In this document: in pieces, positions 11,737-21,679 of the stretch
Layout of the letters: each line of letters opens with the position of its first letter
Position numbering within the stretch: the first letter of the stretch is position 1
Virus record (IMG/VR): IMGVR_UViG_2923307698_000001
Span: 1 to 28,744 of that record
Length of the DNA: 28,744 nt
Reading direction: 5' to 3' (one strand)
Source: a virus
Taxonomy: Duplodnaviria; Heunggongvirae; Uroviricota; Caudoviricetes
The notes under the pieces: generated by a model
What the model was told of the DNA's origin: nothing
Databases searched by the model: none
The model's input: only the letters and a program-made list of their open reading frames with translations
Program-made: the position numbers and the translations under genes

Positions 11737-12268
11737 ATGAAAGGCTATATCACAGCAAGTGTAATTCTTGGAGCAGCGGCTATTTTTTTCATCTCTCATA
11801 ATCTCTGGCAACATCTCCTTTAAAGATGAACATATTATTCAGTTATCTGGAGGAGCCATAAAACTTGGTGATGTTTATAAAGAAAATAAATTGATAAGTG
11901 CAAAGATTATTTTTCCAGATAATCAGGGTGAACAGATTCTTGTTGTCGACGGCAATCCTGAAAACTTTAAGGAGGATTTTCAGGAGAAATTAAATAAAGT
12001 AATAAAAACTTTAAATGCGTCAAAGAAAAAAGATGAAGAGAAAGTTAGCCTGGATAATTTAAGTGTTATTGAAGAGTCTAAACTAGAGCTCGTTTCTGCG
12101 GTGCGTTACTCTGCTCAGTATGTTCCTATGTTTACTCTGACGCTGGACAAAAAAGAAATTACCATGCCTAAAAATACGGTAATATTTCCATTTGCCAGCG
12201 ATGAAACAGCTAAGTATTTAAATGAACAACAGCAAAAGTATAAAGATTCGTTGTTTCTGACTCGCTAA
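11737..12268 (+). CDS. AT-rich moron: hypothetical protein with hydrophobic N-terminus, frame split at a T7 tract
   Basis: ATG 11737 encodes MKGYITASVILGAAAIFF..., which stops after 28 codons. The +1 frame continues from the T7 run (11783..11789) as ...SSLIISGNISFKDEH... to 12268 (the ORF-track entry 11768..12268 uses a TTG start). AT-rich relative to flanking tail genes. Own terminator follows. Confidence 0.5.
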
Positions 12269-12287
12269 TTAATAAAATTCATTACAA

Positions 12288-12318
12288 GGCCACCTTCTAA
12301 TAGGTGGCTTTTTTATTT
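12288..12318 (+). terminator. Rho-independent terminator after the moron
   Basis: Stem gccacct / aggtggc with loop tctaat, followed by ttttttatttt. Confidence 0.6.
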
Positions 12319-12329
12319 TCGGAGTGTAT

Positions 12330-13658
12330 ATGACGTGGAAAGACAGGCTTCAGGATGCGTCATTTCGAGGTGTGCCGTTTAAGGTTGAAGAAGAAAGTGC
12401 GGGAACCGGTCGCCGTGTGGAAACACATGAATACCCGAACCGCGACAAACCCTATACCGAAGACCTGGGGAAAATCACTTTTCGCCCGTCCATCACGGCT
12501 TATGTGGTGGGAGATGACTGCTTTGACCAGCGCGATCGCCTGATTGACGCGCTGAATAAACCCGGTCCCGGCACGCTTGTCCATCCGACATACGGTGAGC
12601 TGAAAGTCTGTGTTGACGGGGAAGTTCGGGTCAGCACATCGAAAAGTGAAGGGCGTATTGTCCGCTTTGACCTGAAGTTTGTCGAAGCAGGAGAACTCTC
12701 TTACCCCACATCAGGTGCGGCGACGGCGCAGACGCTGATGTCATCCTGTTCTGCATTGGATAACTGCATCAGTGACAGCTTCAGCGGTTTCAGTATCGAT
12801 GGCGTGGCGGATTTTGTGCAGAACGACGTTATCGGTAATGCCAGCACAATGCTTGGGTATGTTTCTGATGCGATGAAAGTGGTGGATTCTGCCGTATCGG
12901 ATGCTGCCAGGCTGTTGCAGGGGGATATCTCGGTACTTCTGCCGCCACCATCGTCAGGCAAAAATTTCGTTGAGCAGGTGCAGAAAATGTGGCGTACCGG
13001 GAAACGCCTTTATGGTAACGCCAGCGACCTGGTCACCATGATCAAAACGCTTTCCGGTGTCAGCCTCGGCAGCGATCTGCAACCGCGCGGCGTCTGGAAA
13101 ACGGACAGTAAAACCACCGCCACGGCGACGCAGCAGCGTAACGTGGTTGCCAGCACCCTTCGTACGACCGCAATCAGCGAAGCGGCGTATGCCGTCACCC
13201 GATTGCCTGCGCCAACAACTTCCGCGGTGATGCAGAATGCCGCAGTGGGGCAGGCAACAACAGCTGCGCAGAGCACCGGCTGGCCTTCCGTCACGCATCC
13301 GGCACTGAACAATGCACCGGCGGTGAAAAACACGGTTGATCTGCCGACGTGGGAAGAACTGACTGACATTCGCGACACACTGAATACGGCAATTGATAAG
13401 GAGTTGTCCCGTACAACCAGTGATGCGCTGTTTCTGGCGCTGCGCCGGGTGAAAGCAGATCTGAATGCGGATATCAACACGCGCCTTGAACAGTCTGCAC
13501 GGATCATTCAGCGCACACCGGATGAGGTTTTACCCGCGCTGGTGCTGGCGGCGACCTGGTTTGATAACGCGGCGCGTGACGCGGACATTATCCGGCGTAA
13601 TGCCATTACGCATCCCGGCTTTGTGCCGGTGATCCCTCTGAAGGTGCCAGTGCAATGA
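12330..13658 (+). CDS. DNA circularisation protein (Mu N/gp43-like)
   Basis: N-terminus MTWKDRLQDASFRGVPFKVEEE fits the family N-terminal motif. ATG 12330 with RBS ggag 5 nt upstream; the ORF-track start at GTG 12324 is less likely. Confidence 0.7.
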   Translation: MTWKDRLQDASFRGVPFKVEEESAGTGRRVETHEYPNRDKPYTEDLGKITFRPSITAYVVGDDCFDQRDRLIDALNKPGPGTLVHPTYGELKVCVDGEVRVSTSKSEGRIVRFDLKFVEAGELSYPTSGAATAQTLMSSCSALDNCISDSFSGFSIDGVADFVQNDVIGNASTMLGYVSDAMKVVDSAVSDAARLLQGDISVLLPPPSSGKNFVEQVQKMWRTGKRLYGNASDLVTMIKTLSGVSLGSDLQPRGVWKTDSKTTATATQQRNVVASTLRTTAISEAAYAVTRLPAPTTSAVMQNAAVGQATTAAQSTGWPSVTHPALNNAPAVKNTVDLPTWEELTDIRDTLNTAIDKELSRTTSDALFLALRRVKADLNADINTRLEQSARIIQRTPDEVLPALVLAATWFDNAARDADIIRRNAITHPGFVPVIPLKVPVQ

Positions 13659-14734
13659 ACGATAACGTCACGCTACGGGTAAATGGCCGGGAGTGGAATG
13701 GCTGGACATCGGTGCGCATCGGTGCCGGTATTGAACGGCTGGCGCGGGATTTCAGTGTGGAGATCACCCGCCAGTGGCCGGGAGATGAGGGTATCACCAC
13801 GCTTCAGCCGCGCATTAAAAACGGTTCAAAAGTGGAAGTGCTGATTGGTGATGAGCTGGTGATCACCGGCTGGGTGGAGGCGACTCCCGTTCGTTACGAT
13901 GCCCGTTCGGTCAGCACCGGTATTGCCGGACGCAGTCTGACCGCTGACCTGATTGACTGTGCAGCCGAACCGACACAGTTTAACGGACGATCGCTGGTAC
14001 AGATTGCGCAGGCGCTTACTGCGCCTTTCGGCATTGAGGTGGTGAACAGCGGTGCGCCGTCGGGTGTTATTCCTGATGTCCAGCCTGATCACGGTGAAAC
14101 GGTGATCGAGGTGATCAACAAAATACTCGGTCAGCAGCAGGCACTGGCTTACGACGATCCGCACGGCAGGCTGGTGATTGGCGGTATTGGCTCAACGCGG
14201 GCACATACCGCGCTGGTACTTGGGGAAAACATCCTTTCCTGCGATACGGAGAAGAGTATCCGGGAGCGGTTTTCAGTTTACCAGGTGGCGGGGCAGCGTG
14301 CCGGAAACGACGATGATTTCGGTGAGGCCACCACCACCGCGCTGCGGGCCCGCACAGAGGACGCATTTATTGCCCGTTACCGTCCGATGTATATCAGGCA
14401 GACAGGGCAGGCCACGGGGGCTGGCTGTATTGCGCGTGCTGACTTTGAAGCCCGGCAACGGGCGGCGCGGACGGATGAAACCACCTATGTGGTGCAGGGC
14501 TGGCGACAGGGTAACGGTACGCTGTGGCAGCCCAACCAGCGGGTGATTGTCTTTGATCCGGTCTGTGGTTTCGACAATACCGAACTGCTTGTTTCGGAAG
14601 TCACGTTTACTCAGGACCAGAACGGCACCCTGACGGAAATCCGTGTCGGCCCGCCTGATGCTTATCTGCCTGAACCCGAAGCCCCCGGCGCGCGGAAAAA
14701 GAAAAAAGCCAGAGTACAGGAGGACCCGTTCTGA
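13655..14734 (+). CDS. Baseplate hub / tail protein (Mu P/gp44-like, late control D family)
   Basis: 359 aa, coupled start, position after N. Confidence 0.7.
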   Translation: MNDNVTLRVNGREWNGWTSVRIGAGIERLARDFSVEITRQWPGDEGITTLQPRIKNGSKVEVLIGDELVITGWVEATPVRYDARSVSTGIAGRSLTADLIDCAAEPTQFNGRSLVQIAQALTAPFGIEVVNSGAPSGVIPDVQPDHGETVIEVINKILGQQQALAYDDPHGRLVIGGIGSTRAHTALVLGENILSCDTEKSIRERFSVYQVAGQRAGNDDDFGEATTTALRARTEDAFIARYRPMYIRQTGQATGAGCIARADFEARQRAARTDETTYVVQGWRQGNGTLWQPNQRVIVFDPVCGFDNTELLVSEVTFTQDQNGTLTEIRVGPPDAYLPEPEAPGARKKKKARVQEDPF

Positions 14735-15282
14735 TGAGGACGATTGAAGCCATGCAGCGACAACTCCTCGGCCTGATTGGGCGGGCCGTGGTGAAAAGCA
14801 TCAGTGCCGCCACGAAATGTCAGACCGTGGATGTGTCCCTGATTGCCGGTGAACCCAAAGCCGGGGTTGAACATCTTGAACCCTACGGTTTTACCGCAAG
14901 GGCAAACAGCGGTGCGGAAGCGGTTGTGTTGTTTCCGGATGGCGACCGTTCTCATGCGGTGGTTGTTACGGTGTCGGACCGTCGCTACCGCCTGAAAGGG
15001 CTGCAGACGGGCGAGGTGGCTGTCTATGACGATCAGGGGCAGTCCGTGACGCTGACCCGGGAGGGGATCGTGGTGGACGGTGCAGGTAAAACGATCACGT
15101 TTCGCAATGCACCTGAAGCACGTTTTGAAATGGACCTGGAAGTGACCGGACAGGTGAAAGACCTGTGCGACTCCGGCGGCACCACCATGTCAGCGATGCG
15201 GCTTGCCTATAACGGGCATCGTCACAGAGAGAACGGTCAGGGCAGTAACACCGACAAACCGGATAAAGCGATGGAGGCATGA
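14734..15282 (+). CDS. Baseplate assembly protein V-like (Mu gp45-like spike)
   Basis: 182 aa with C-terminal DSGGTTMS motif reminiscent of V-family proteins. Coupled start. Confidence 0.6.
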   Translation: MRTIEAMQRQLLGLIGRAVVKSISAATKCQTVDVSLIAGEPKAGVEHLEPYGFTARANSGAEAVVLFPDGDRSHAVVVTVSDRRYRLKGLQTGEVAVYDDQGQSVTLTREGIVVDGAGKTITFRNAPEARFEMDLEVTGQVKDLCDSGGTTMSAMRLAYNGHRHRENGQGSNTDKPDKAMEA

Positions 15283-15707
15283 TGGAACTGTGGCTGACGG
15301 TGAACGGTAAACGCACCTGCGCCAGCGCACCGCTGGATCCGCTGACCCGCTCCGTGGTGATTTCCCTGTTTACCTGGCGGCGGGCGGAGCCTGATGACAA
15401 CGCCGACGTCCCGATGGGATGGTGGGGGGATACCTGGCCTGCGGTACAGAATGACCGTTACGGCTCCCGACTGTGGCTGCTTCAGCGCAGCAAACTGACC
15501 AATCAGCTGGTGCAGACGGTAAGGGGGTATATCCGCGAATGCCTGCAATGGATGATTGATGATTGCGTGGTGTCCCGTATTGATCTGGATATCCGCCGCA
15601 CCGGGATTAATGAACTGGGTAACAGTATCACTCTCTGGCGTCGTGACGGACCGGTAATGATTTCTTTTGATGATCTGTGGAGTGCGATAACGCATGGCGG
15701 ACAGTGA
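15279..15707 (+). CDS. Baseplate wedge protein (Mu gp46 / gp25-like)
   Basis: 142 aa between the V-like and J-like genes. Confidence 0.55.
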   Translation: MMELWLTVNGKRTCASAPLDPLTRSVVISLFTWRRAEPDDNADVPMGWWGDTWPAVQNDRYGSRLWLLQRSKLTNQLVQTVRGYIRECLQWMIDDCVVSRIDLDIRRTGINELGNSITLWRRDGPVMISFDDLWSAITHGGQ

Positions 15708-16752
15708 ATTTCAGCGCCCGACGCTGGCAGAAAATATCAGTATGCTCCGTAACGATTTATTCGCCAGGCTGGACGTCAGCGACACGCTCCGGCGCATGGA
15801 TGAAGACGTGCGGGCAAAGGTGTATGCGGCGGCGCTGCATACGGTTTACGGTTACATCGATTATCTGGCAATGAACATGCTGCCTGACCTGTGCGATGAG
15901 TCCTGGCTGGCGCGACATGCTGCGATGAAACGGTGTCCGCGCAAGGGGGCCACGGCTGCCAGCGGGTATATGCGCTGGGAAGGTGTCAGCGATGGCCTGA
16001 AGGTGACCGCCGGGAGTGTTATTCAGCGCGATGACCTGGTTCAGTACACGGCAACTGCCGATGCAACCAGCTCCGGTGGTGTCCTGCGCGTGCCGATCGC
16101 CTGCTCAAGTTCAGGCGCGGTCGGTAACGCTGACGACGGTACGTCATTAATCCTGGTCACGCCGGTGAATGGTCTGCCGTCTTCCGGTGTGGCTGACACC
16201 CTGACAGGCGGATTTGATACTGAAGATCTGGAAACGTGGCGCGCCCGCATCATTGAGCGGTATTACTGGACGCCGCAGGGCGGGGCTGACGTGGACTATG
16301 TCGTCTGGGCTAAAGAAGTGCCCGGCATTACCCGCGCATGGACATACCGTCACTGGATGGGAACGGGAACTGTCGGTGTGATGATTGCCAGCAGTGACCT
16401 GATTAATCCCATTCCGGAAGAATCAACGGAAACGGCGGCAAGACAACACATTGAGCCACTGGCCCCGGTGGCAGGCTCTGATTTGTATGTATTCAGGCCG
16501 GTGGCGCATAAAGTGGATTTTCATATCCGCGTGACGCCGGACACACCGGAAATACGGGCTGCCATCACCGCCGAGTTGCGTTCGTTCCTGCTGCGTGATG
16601 GTTATCCGCAGGGAGAACTGAAGGTGTCGCGTATCAGTGAGGCGATTTCCGGTGCGAACGGGGAATACAGCCATCAGTTGCTTGCACCGGCAGACAATAT
16701 CTCCATTGCAAAAAATGAACTGGCGGTACTGGGGACGATTTCATGGACGTGA
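15694..16752 (+). CDS. Baseplate J-like protein (Mu gp47-like)
   Basis: 352 aa in conserved position before the gp48-like and tail fibre genes. Confidence 0.7.
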   Translation: MADSEFQRPTLAENISMLRNDLFARLDVSDTLRRMDEDVRAKVYAAALHTVYGYIDYLAMNMLPDLCDESWLARHAAMKRCPRKGATAASGYMRWEGVSDGLKVTAGSVIQRDDLVQYTATADATSSGGVLRVPIACSSSGAVGNADDGTSLILVTPVNGLPSSGVADTLTGGFDTEDLETWRARIIERYYWTPQGGADVDYVVWAKEVPGITRAWTYRHWMGTGTVGVMIASSDLINPIPEESTETAARQHIEPLAPVAGSDLYVFRPVAHKVDFHIRVTPDTPEIRAAITAELRSFLLRDGYPQGELKVSRISEAISGANGEYSHQLLAPADNISIAKNELAVLGTISWT

Positions 16753-17327
16753 CAAACGATGATTACATCCGTCTGTTGTCGGCACTGTTGCCCCCCGGTC
16801 CGGCGTGGTCAGCCAGCGATCCGGCGATTGCCGGTGCGGCACCGTCATTAACCCGCGTTCATCAGCGTGCGGATGCCCTGATGCGGGAGCTGGATCCGCG
16901 CACCACCACCGAACTGATAAATCGCTGGGAGCGTCTGTGCGGCCTGCCGGATGAATGTATTCCCGCAGGGACACAGACCCTTCGCCAGCGTCAGCAACGG
17001 CTGGATGCGAAGGTTAACCTGGCGGGCGGCATCAACGAGGATTTTTATCTTGCACAGCTTGCTGCCCTGGGCAGACCAGATGCCACCATCGCGCGATACG
17101 ACAAAAGCACGTTCACCTGCTCATCGGCCTGTACTGACGCTGTGAACGCGCCTGAATGGCGGTATTACTGGCAGGTCAACATGCCAGCCGCCACCAACAC
17201 CACCTGGATGACATGTGGCGATCCCTGTGATTCCGCACTGCGTATCTGGGGCGACACAGTTGTCGAATGTGTGCTTAACAAACTCTGCCCGTCGCATACC
17301 TACGTAATTTTTAAATATCCGGAGTAA
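16743..17327 (+). CDS. Tail protein (Mu gp48 / YmfQ-like, DUF2313-type)
   Basis: 194 aa, Cys-rich C-terminus, directly upstream of the tail fibre. Confidence 0.6.
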   Translation: MDVTNDDYIRLLSALLPPGPAWSASDPAIAGAAPSLTRVHQRADALMRELDPRTTTELINRWERLCGLPDECIPAGTQTLRQRQQRLDAKVNLAGGINEDFYLAQLAALGRPDATIARYDKSTFTCSSACTDAVNAPEWRYYWQVNMPAATNTTWMTCGDPCDSALRIWGDTVVECVLNKLCPSHTYVIFKYPE

Positions 17328-17330
17328 TCC

Positions 17331-17993
17331 ATGCATCGTATAGACACGAAAACCGCGCAGAAGGATAAGTTCGGCGCGGGTAAGAACGGTTTTACCCGTG
17401 GTAACCCCCAGACCGGCACGCCTGCCACCGATCTGGATGATGACTACTTTGACATGTTGCAGGAGGAGCTTTGCAGCGTTGTGGAGGCGTCCGGTGCCAG
17501 CCTGGAGAAGGGGCGGCACGACCAGCTACTTACCGCGCTTCGCGCGCTGCTGTTAAGCCGCAAGAATCCGTTTGGCGATATCAAATCGGATGGCACGGTG
17601 AAAACGGCTCTCGAAAACCTTGGTTTGGGAGAAGCGGCAAAACGGGACGTGGGAACAGGGGAAAATCAGATACCGGATATGGTTTCATTTAGTGGTGTGA
17701 GGGATTTTTATGGAAAACAACTTTTGCCAGGAGGGTTGATACTCCAGTGGCTGACGATTCCATCAAGTGCAGCAGTCAAAGCTGTAACACTGGATAATGG
17801 TAATTATCAGCTGTCAGGCTATAAATGGCCCCAGTCATTTGGTGTCCTGTTTGCTGTGTTTGCCACAAAAGTTTCTGGCTCGACTAACGAAGCATACGCA
17901 ATCTCAGTTAATCGTCACTCTACCGATGTAATTGTCACCTGGAATGCCCGTAAGGCTGATGATGTCCATATTTTAGGAATTGGGAAATTATGA
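17331..17993 (+). CDS. Tail fibre protein: constant N-terminal part plus currently expressed variable C-terminus
   Basis: 220 aa. The constant region ends at ...[22 protein letters not shown], which reappears on the opposite strand at 18784..19191 ([22 protein letters not shown]). Confidence 0.65.
   Translation: MHRIDTKTAQKDKFGAGKNGFTRGNPQTGTPATDLDDDYFDMLQEELCSVVEASGASLEKGRHDQLLTALRALLLSRKNPFGDIKSDGTVKTALENLGLGEAAKRDVGTGENQIPDMVSFSGVRDFYGKQLLPGGLILQWLTIPSSAAVKAVTLDNGNYQLSGYKWPQSFGVLFAVFATKVSGSTNEAYAISVNRHSTDVIVTWNARKADDVHILGIGKL
17620..17644 (+). repeat. Left inverted repeat / recombination site of the invertible segment
   Basis: ttggtttgggagaagcggcaaaacg is the exact reverse complement of 19127..19151. 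The hix/gix-like core AAACC-TT-GGTTT is at 17615..17626. Confidence 0.75.
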
Positions 17994-18409
17994 AAATGAA
18001 ATGGTCCCCATCTGTTCAGGGATTTTTCTCTGAAAACAACAGCGATATTCCCGATGATGCTTTCGATATTGAAGATGCTCTTTATTATGAACTTATGAAT
18101 GGTCAGAGTACGGGGAAAATTATTATCAATAGCCCGGATAACTACCCTGTACTTACTGAATATCCAGCGAAGACACATGAACAGGAAATAGCTGAAGCGG
18201 AGGGAATGAAAAATATACTTATTGAACAGGCCAACGATTATATGAACAGTAAACAATGGCCTGGTAAAGCGGCTATTGGCCGGCTGAAAGGTGAGGAACT
18301 GGCACAATATAATTTGTGGCTGGATTACCTGGACGCACTGGAACTGGTCGATACTTCCGGTGCGCCAGATATTGAATGGCCTACACCTCCGGTAACTCAG
18401 GCCAGCTAA
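17990..18409 (+). CDS. Tail fibre assembly protein (expressed orientation)
   Basis: 139 aa, coupled to the tail-fibre stop. Confidence 0.65.
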   Translation: MKMKWSPSVQGFFSENNSDIPDDAFDIEDALYYELMNGQSTGKIIINSPDNYPVLTEYPAKTHEQEIAEAEGMKNILIEQANDYMNSKQWPGKAAIGRLKGEELAQYNLWLDYLDALELVDTSGAPDIEWPTPPVTQAS

Positions 18410-18417
18410 TCTCAGGA

Positions 18418-18441
18418 GCCGTCGAAGTGTCGACGGCTTTT
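18418..18441. terminator. Hairpin terminator between the convergent tail-fibre assembly genes
   Basis: gccgtcga agtg tcgacggc is a perfect 8-bp stem, followed by tttt. Confidence 0.5.
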
Positions 18442-18775
18442 ACTTCTTTTTGTAGTCCATCCAGGCAGATAGTTTTTCTTTATCTGTACTGCTGATATCA
18501 CCAAGCATTAATTCCACCCGCCTGTCAGCTGTGACATTATCGGCATGAGCAAGTAACTGCATTCGCTGATTTTCAGCACGTGCGACATAATCAATCGCCG
18601 GAGATTTCAGTACCGGTAAACCATTTTCATCTGACGTGATTAATTTCCCCCCTTCCTGCTGTCCGGCAATTAATTCATTGTATAAGTCTGTACTTATCTC
18701 AACAATGTCAGCAGGCATGTCGCTGTTTATACCATCAAAGAAAAAACCATTAGTCGATTTTGAGAAATAAATCAT
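18440..18775 (-). CDS. Alternative tail fibre assembly protein (silent orientation)
   Basis: Begins MIYFSKSTNGFFFDGINSD, a typical tail-fibre-assembly N-terminus. Lies inside the invertible segment on the opposite strand. Confidence 0.6.
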   Translation of the reverse strand: MIYFSKSTNGFFFDGINSDMPADIVEISTDLYNELIAGQQEGGKLITSDENGLPVLKSPAIDYVARAENQRMQLLAHADNVTADRRVELMLGDISSTDKEKLSAWMDYKKK

Positions 18776-18783
18776 AGATATAC

Positions 18784-19126
18784 CTATACACCGATTGCTA
18801 CCCAAAAACAGGACCTTTCATATTTGACAATTTCTCCCTGAGATATACCGCCAACAATTATATAGAACTGTGATTTGCTGATATCAGAACAGTTCGCTAT
18901 GCCCATTGCAGATATACCAGCCACCGACGTTGTATGTGGCACAGCCAACAGCGCAAGTGAACGATTTGGGAATGTTACCGGGTAAGTCACCGTATAGTTT
19001 GATGCTCCACTGACAATACCCCACTGAATAATCAGACCTGAAGGGAGTTTTTGAAAACCCGTTGATGAAAGTGAACTGGCAAACGCCGCCATATCCGGAA
19101 TTTGGTTTTGCTCGTTACCCACATTT
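18784..19126 (-). CDS. Alternative tail-fibre C-terminal cassette (promoterless, fused to the constant region after inversion)
   Basis: Translation continues in frame from the right inverted repeat ([20 protein letters not shown]...). It is similar to, but distinct from, the expressed C-terminus. Confidence 0.6.
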
Positions 19127-19151
19127 CGTTTTGCCGCTTCTCCCAAACCAA
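19127..19151 (-). repeat. Right inverted repeat / recombination site of the invertible segment
   Basis: Reverse complement is identical to 17620..17644. Outer half-site AAACC AA CGTTT at 19145..19156. Confidence 0.75.
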
Positions 19152-19218
19152 CGTTTATGAAAATGCAGAGATAACGGCTAACTGGCATCATCTCCGGTTT
19201 TTATTCAGGGGGATGATC

Positions 19219-19785
19219 ATGCTTATTGGCTATGTACGCGTGTCAACAAATGACCAGAACACCGATTTGCAACGTAATGCACTGAACTGCGCGGGATGTG
19301 AGCGGATTTTTGAGGATAAAATCAGTGGCACTAAGTCCGACAGACCGGGGCTGAAAAAGCTGCTCAGGACACTATCGGCAGGAGACACGCTGGTTGTCTG
19401 GAAGCTGGACAGGTTGGGGCGCAGTATGCGGCATCTTGTTACGCTGATAGAGGAGTTGCGCCAGCGTGGTGTGAATTTCCGAAGCCTGACTGACAGTATT
19501 GATACCAGTACCCCAATGGGCCGTTTCTTTTTTCATGTCATGGGTGCCCTGGCTGAAATGGAACGCGAACTGATAGTTGAACGTACCAGGGCAGGGCTGG
19601 CTGCAGCTCGTGCCAAAGGCAGAGTAGGTGGACGCCGTCCTAAGTTGACCACCGAACAGTGGGCACAGATTGGGCGTTTACTCGAGGCCGGAGAATCAAG
19701 ACAGCGTATTGCACTGATTTTTGATGTGGGTGTTTCCACAATTTATAGAAAATTTCCGGCAAATAAGAGTAATGAATCCCCCTGA
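19219..19785 (+). CDS. pin: Serine recombinase DNA invertase (Pin/Gin/Hin family)
   Basis: MLIGYVRVSTNDQNTDLQRNAL...DTLVVWKLDRLGRSM...GRFFFHVMGALAEMERELIVERT...RRPKLT...STIYRKFPA carries the catalytic Ser and C-terminal HTH seen in Hin/Gin/Pin invertases. RBS aggggga precedes ATG 19219. Confidence 0.85.
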   Translation: MLIGYVRVSTNDQNTDLQRNALNCAGCERIFEDKISGTKSDRPGLKKLLRTLSAGDTLVVWKLDRLGRSMRHLVTLIEELRQRGVNFRSLTDSIDTSTPMGRFFFHVMGALAEMERELIVERTRAGLAAARAKGRVGGRRPKLTTEQWAQIGRLLEAGESRQRIALIFDVGVSTIYRKFPANKSNESP

Positions 19786-19833
19786 ATCAGCATTATTTTG
19801 ATTATCCCTGCAAGTAGACAAATACCGTCATTT

Positions 19834-19851
19834 TGTGTGAATAACGGTACA
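19834..19851 (+). promoter_or_regulatory. TGT-N12-ACA dyad (Ogr/Delta-type late-promoter activator site) upstream of FI
   Basis: TGTgtgaataacggtACA lies ~75 bp upstream of the FI ATG (19928), which has RBS aggagg. Ogr-like activator is encoded at 26834..27052. Confidence 0.4.
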
Positions 19852-19927
19852 ACTGCGCTTAGCTGTTTGTCAGGCACAATCACTTCAACATAGGGCGAAG
19901 CCTAATCCAATCAGGAGGTTCGCCACT

Positions 19928-21100
19928 ATGGCTCAGGATTACCACCACGGGGTGCGCGTTGTTGAAGTCAACGAAGGCACCCGATCCATTACCACGGTGA
20001 GCACCGCCATCGTGGGCATGGTCTGCACGGGCGATGATGCCGATGCAAAAATGTTTCCTCTTAACAAACCTGTGCTGATCACTGATGTGCTGACTGCCAG
20101 CGGTAAAGCGGGTGAGTCCGGCACGCTGGCCCGTTCGCTGGATGCCATCGCTGACCAGGCAAAACCCGTGACCGTTGTTGTGCGTGTGCCGCAGGGTGAA
20201 ACGGAAGAAGAAACCACGACCAATATCATCGGCGCAGTGACTGCTGAAGGTAAAAAAACAGGCATGAAAGCTCTGTTATCTGCCCAGTCACAGCTCGGCG
20301 TTAAACCGCGCATTCTCGGCGTGCCAGGTCACGATAACAAAGCCGTTGCGACTGAGTTGCTGAGCGTGGCGCAAAGCCTGCGTGGGTTTGCTTACCTGTC
20401 AGCGTATGGCTGCAAGACGGTACAGGAGGCGATCACTTACCGTGAAAACTTCAGCCAGCGCGAAGGAATGCTGATCTGGCCCGACTTTACTGGCTGGGAC
20501 ACGGTGCTGAATGCCGAAGCAACGGCATATGCCACCGCCCGTGCACTTGGTCTGCGTGCCAAAATTGATGAGCAGACCGGGTGGCACAAAAGCCTGTCCA
20601 ACGTGGGCGTGAACGGTGTCACCGGAATTTCTGCAGATGTGTTCTGGGATCTGCAGGACCCGGCAACCGATGCAGGTCTGCTGAACCAGAACGACGTCAC
20701 CACGCTTGTGCGTAAAGACGGTTTCCGCTTCTGGGGTTCCCGCTGTCTGAGCGATGATCCGCTTTTTGCCTTCGAAAACTACACCCGCACGGCGCAGGTG
20801 CTGACGGACACAATGGCAGAAGCACACATGTGGGCGGTGGATAAACCGCTTAACCCGTCGCTGGCCCGCGACATTATCGAAGGTATCCGCGCCAAAATAC
20901 GCAGCCTGGTCAGTCAGGGCTATCTCATTGGTGGTGATTGCTGGCTGGATGAGTCGGTGAACGACAAAGACACGCTGAAAGCCGGAAAACTCACCATCGA
21001 CTATGACTACACGCCAGTGCCGCCACTTGAAAATCTGATGCTGCGCCAGCGCATCACCGATCAGTACCTGGTGAATTTCGCCAGCCAGGTCAGCGCGTAA
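19928..21100 (+). CDS. FI: P2-type tail sheath protein FI
   Basis: 390 aa. N-terminus [40 protein letters not shown] and C-terminus ...[27 protein letters not shown] match P2 FI as I recall it. Confidence 0.85.
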   Translation: MAQDYHHGVRVVEVNEGTRSITTVSTAIVGMVCTGDDADAKMFPLNKPVLITDVLTASGKAGESGTLARSLDAIADQAKPVTVVVRVPQGETEEETTTNIIGAVTAEGKKTGMKALLSAQSQLGVKPRILGVPGHDNKAVATELLSVAQSLRGFAYLSAYGCKTVQEAITYRENFSQREGMLIWPDFTGWDTVLNAEATAYATARALGLRAKIDEQTGWHKSLSNVGVNGVTGISADVFWDLQDPATDAGLLNQNDVTTLVRKDGFRFWGSRCLSDDPLFAFENYTRTAQVLTDTMAEAHMWAVDKPLNPSLARDIIEGIRAKIRSLVSQGYLIGGDCWLDESVNDKDTLKAGKLTIDYDYTPVPPLENLMLRQRITDQYLVNFASQVSA

Positions 21101-21109
21101 GGGGACAAC

Positions 21110-21625
21110 ATGGCTTTACCACGCAAATTAAAACATCTGAACCTGTTTAACGACGGGAACAACTGGCAGGGGATCGTTGAGTCGCTGACGCTGCCGAAAT
21201 TCACCCGCAAATATGAGAAGTATCGCGGCGGCGGAATGCCGGGTGCAGTGGATGTGGATCTGGGGCTTGATGACAGTGCGCTGGACACAGAATTTTCCAT
21301 TGGTGGTACTGAACTGCTGCTGTTTAAGCAGATGGGCAAAGCCACGGTAGATGGCATTCAGCTGCGCTTTACCGGCTCTATCCAGCGTGACGATACCGGG
21401 GAAGTGCAGGCCGTGGAGCTTGTGGTGCGTGGACGTCACAAAGAAGTGGATTCCGGCGAGTGGAAGACGGGCGAAAGCAACACCACCAAAGTGACCAGTA
21501 CCAACAGCTACGCGAAGCTGACCATCAATGGTGAGGTGCTCTATGAAGTGGACCTTATCAACATGGTGGAAATTGTGGACGGTGTGGACCTGATGGAAGC
21601 GCACCGCAACGCCCTCGGCCTCTGA
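21110..21625 (+). CDS. FII: P2-type tail tube protein FII
   Basis: 171 aa, MALPRKLKHLNLFNDGNNWQG..., directly after FI. Confidence 0.8.
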   Translation: MALPRKLKHLNLFNDGNNWQGIVESLTLPKFTRKYEKYRGGGMPGAVDVDLGLDDSALDTEFSIGGTELLLFKQMGKATVDGIQLRFTGSIQRDDTGEVQAVELVVRGRHKEVDSGEWKTGESNTTKVTSTNSYAKLTINGEVLYEVDLINMVEIVDGVDLMEAHRNALGL

Positions 21626-21636
21626 TGTATCTGAAC

Positions 21637-21654
21637 GGCGCGGGATACCGCGCC
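21637..21654 (+). other. GC stem-loop between FII and E
   Basis: ggcgcgg gata ccgcgcc is a perfect 7-bp stem with no T-tract. Likely an mRNA processing or attenuation element. Confidence 0.3.
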
Positions 21655-21679
21655 AGAACCCAATTTACAGGACAGCAAA

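Larger units (their letters stand above)
17620..19151. other. Invertible tail-fibre specificity segment (G-segment-like)
   Basis: 25-bp perfect inverted repeats at both ends. Contains convergent tail-fibre C-terminal cassettes and tail-fibre assembly genes on opposite strands. Invertase gene is immediately adjacent. Confidence 0.75.

Noticed and set aside
11768-12268. Treating the ORF-track entry (TTG start) as an independent gene
   Set aside because: There is no ATG in that frame until very late. The upstream ATG at 11737 with a hydrophobic N-terminus and a T7 tract at the frame junction make a single frameshifted gene more parsimonious.
7396-19785. Interpreting the Mu-like block as a transposable Mu-type prophage
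   Set aside because: No transposase A/B, no Mu ends, and the head is HK97-like. Only the tail module is Mu-like.
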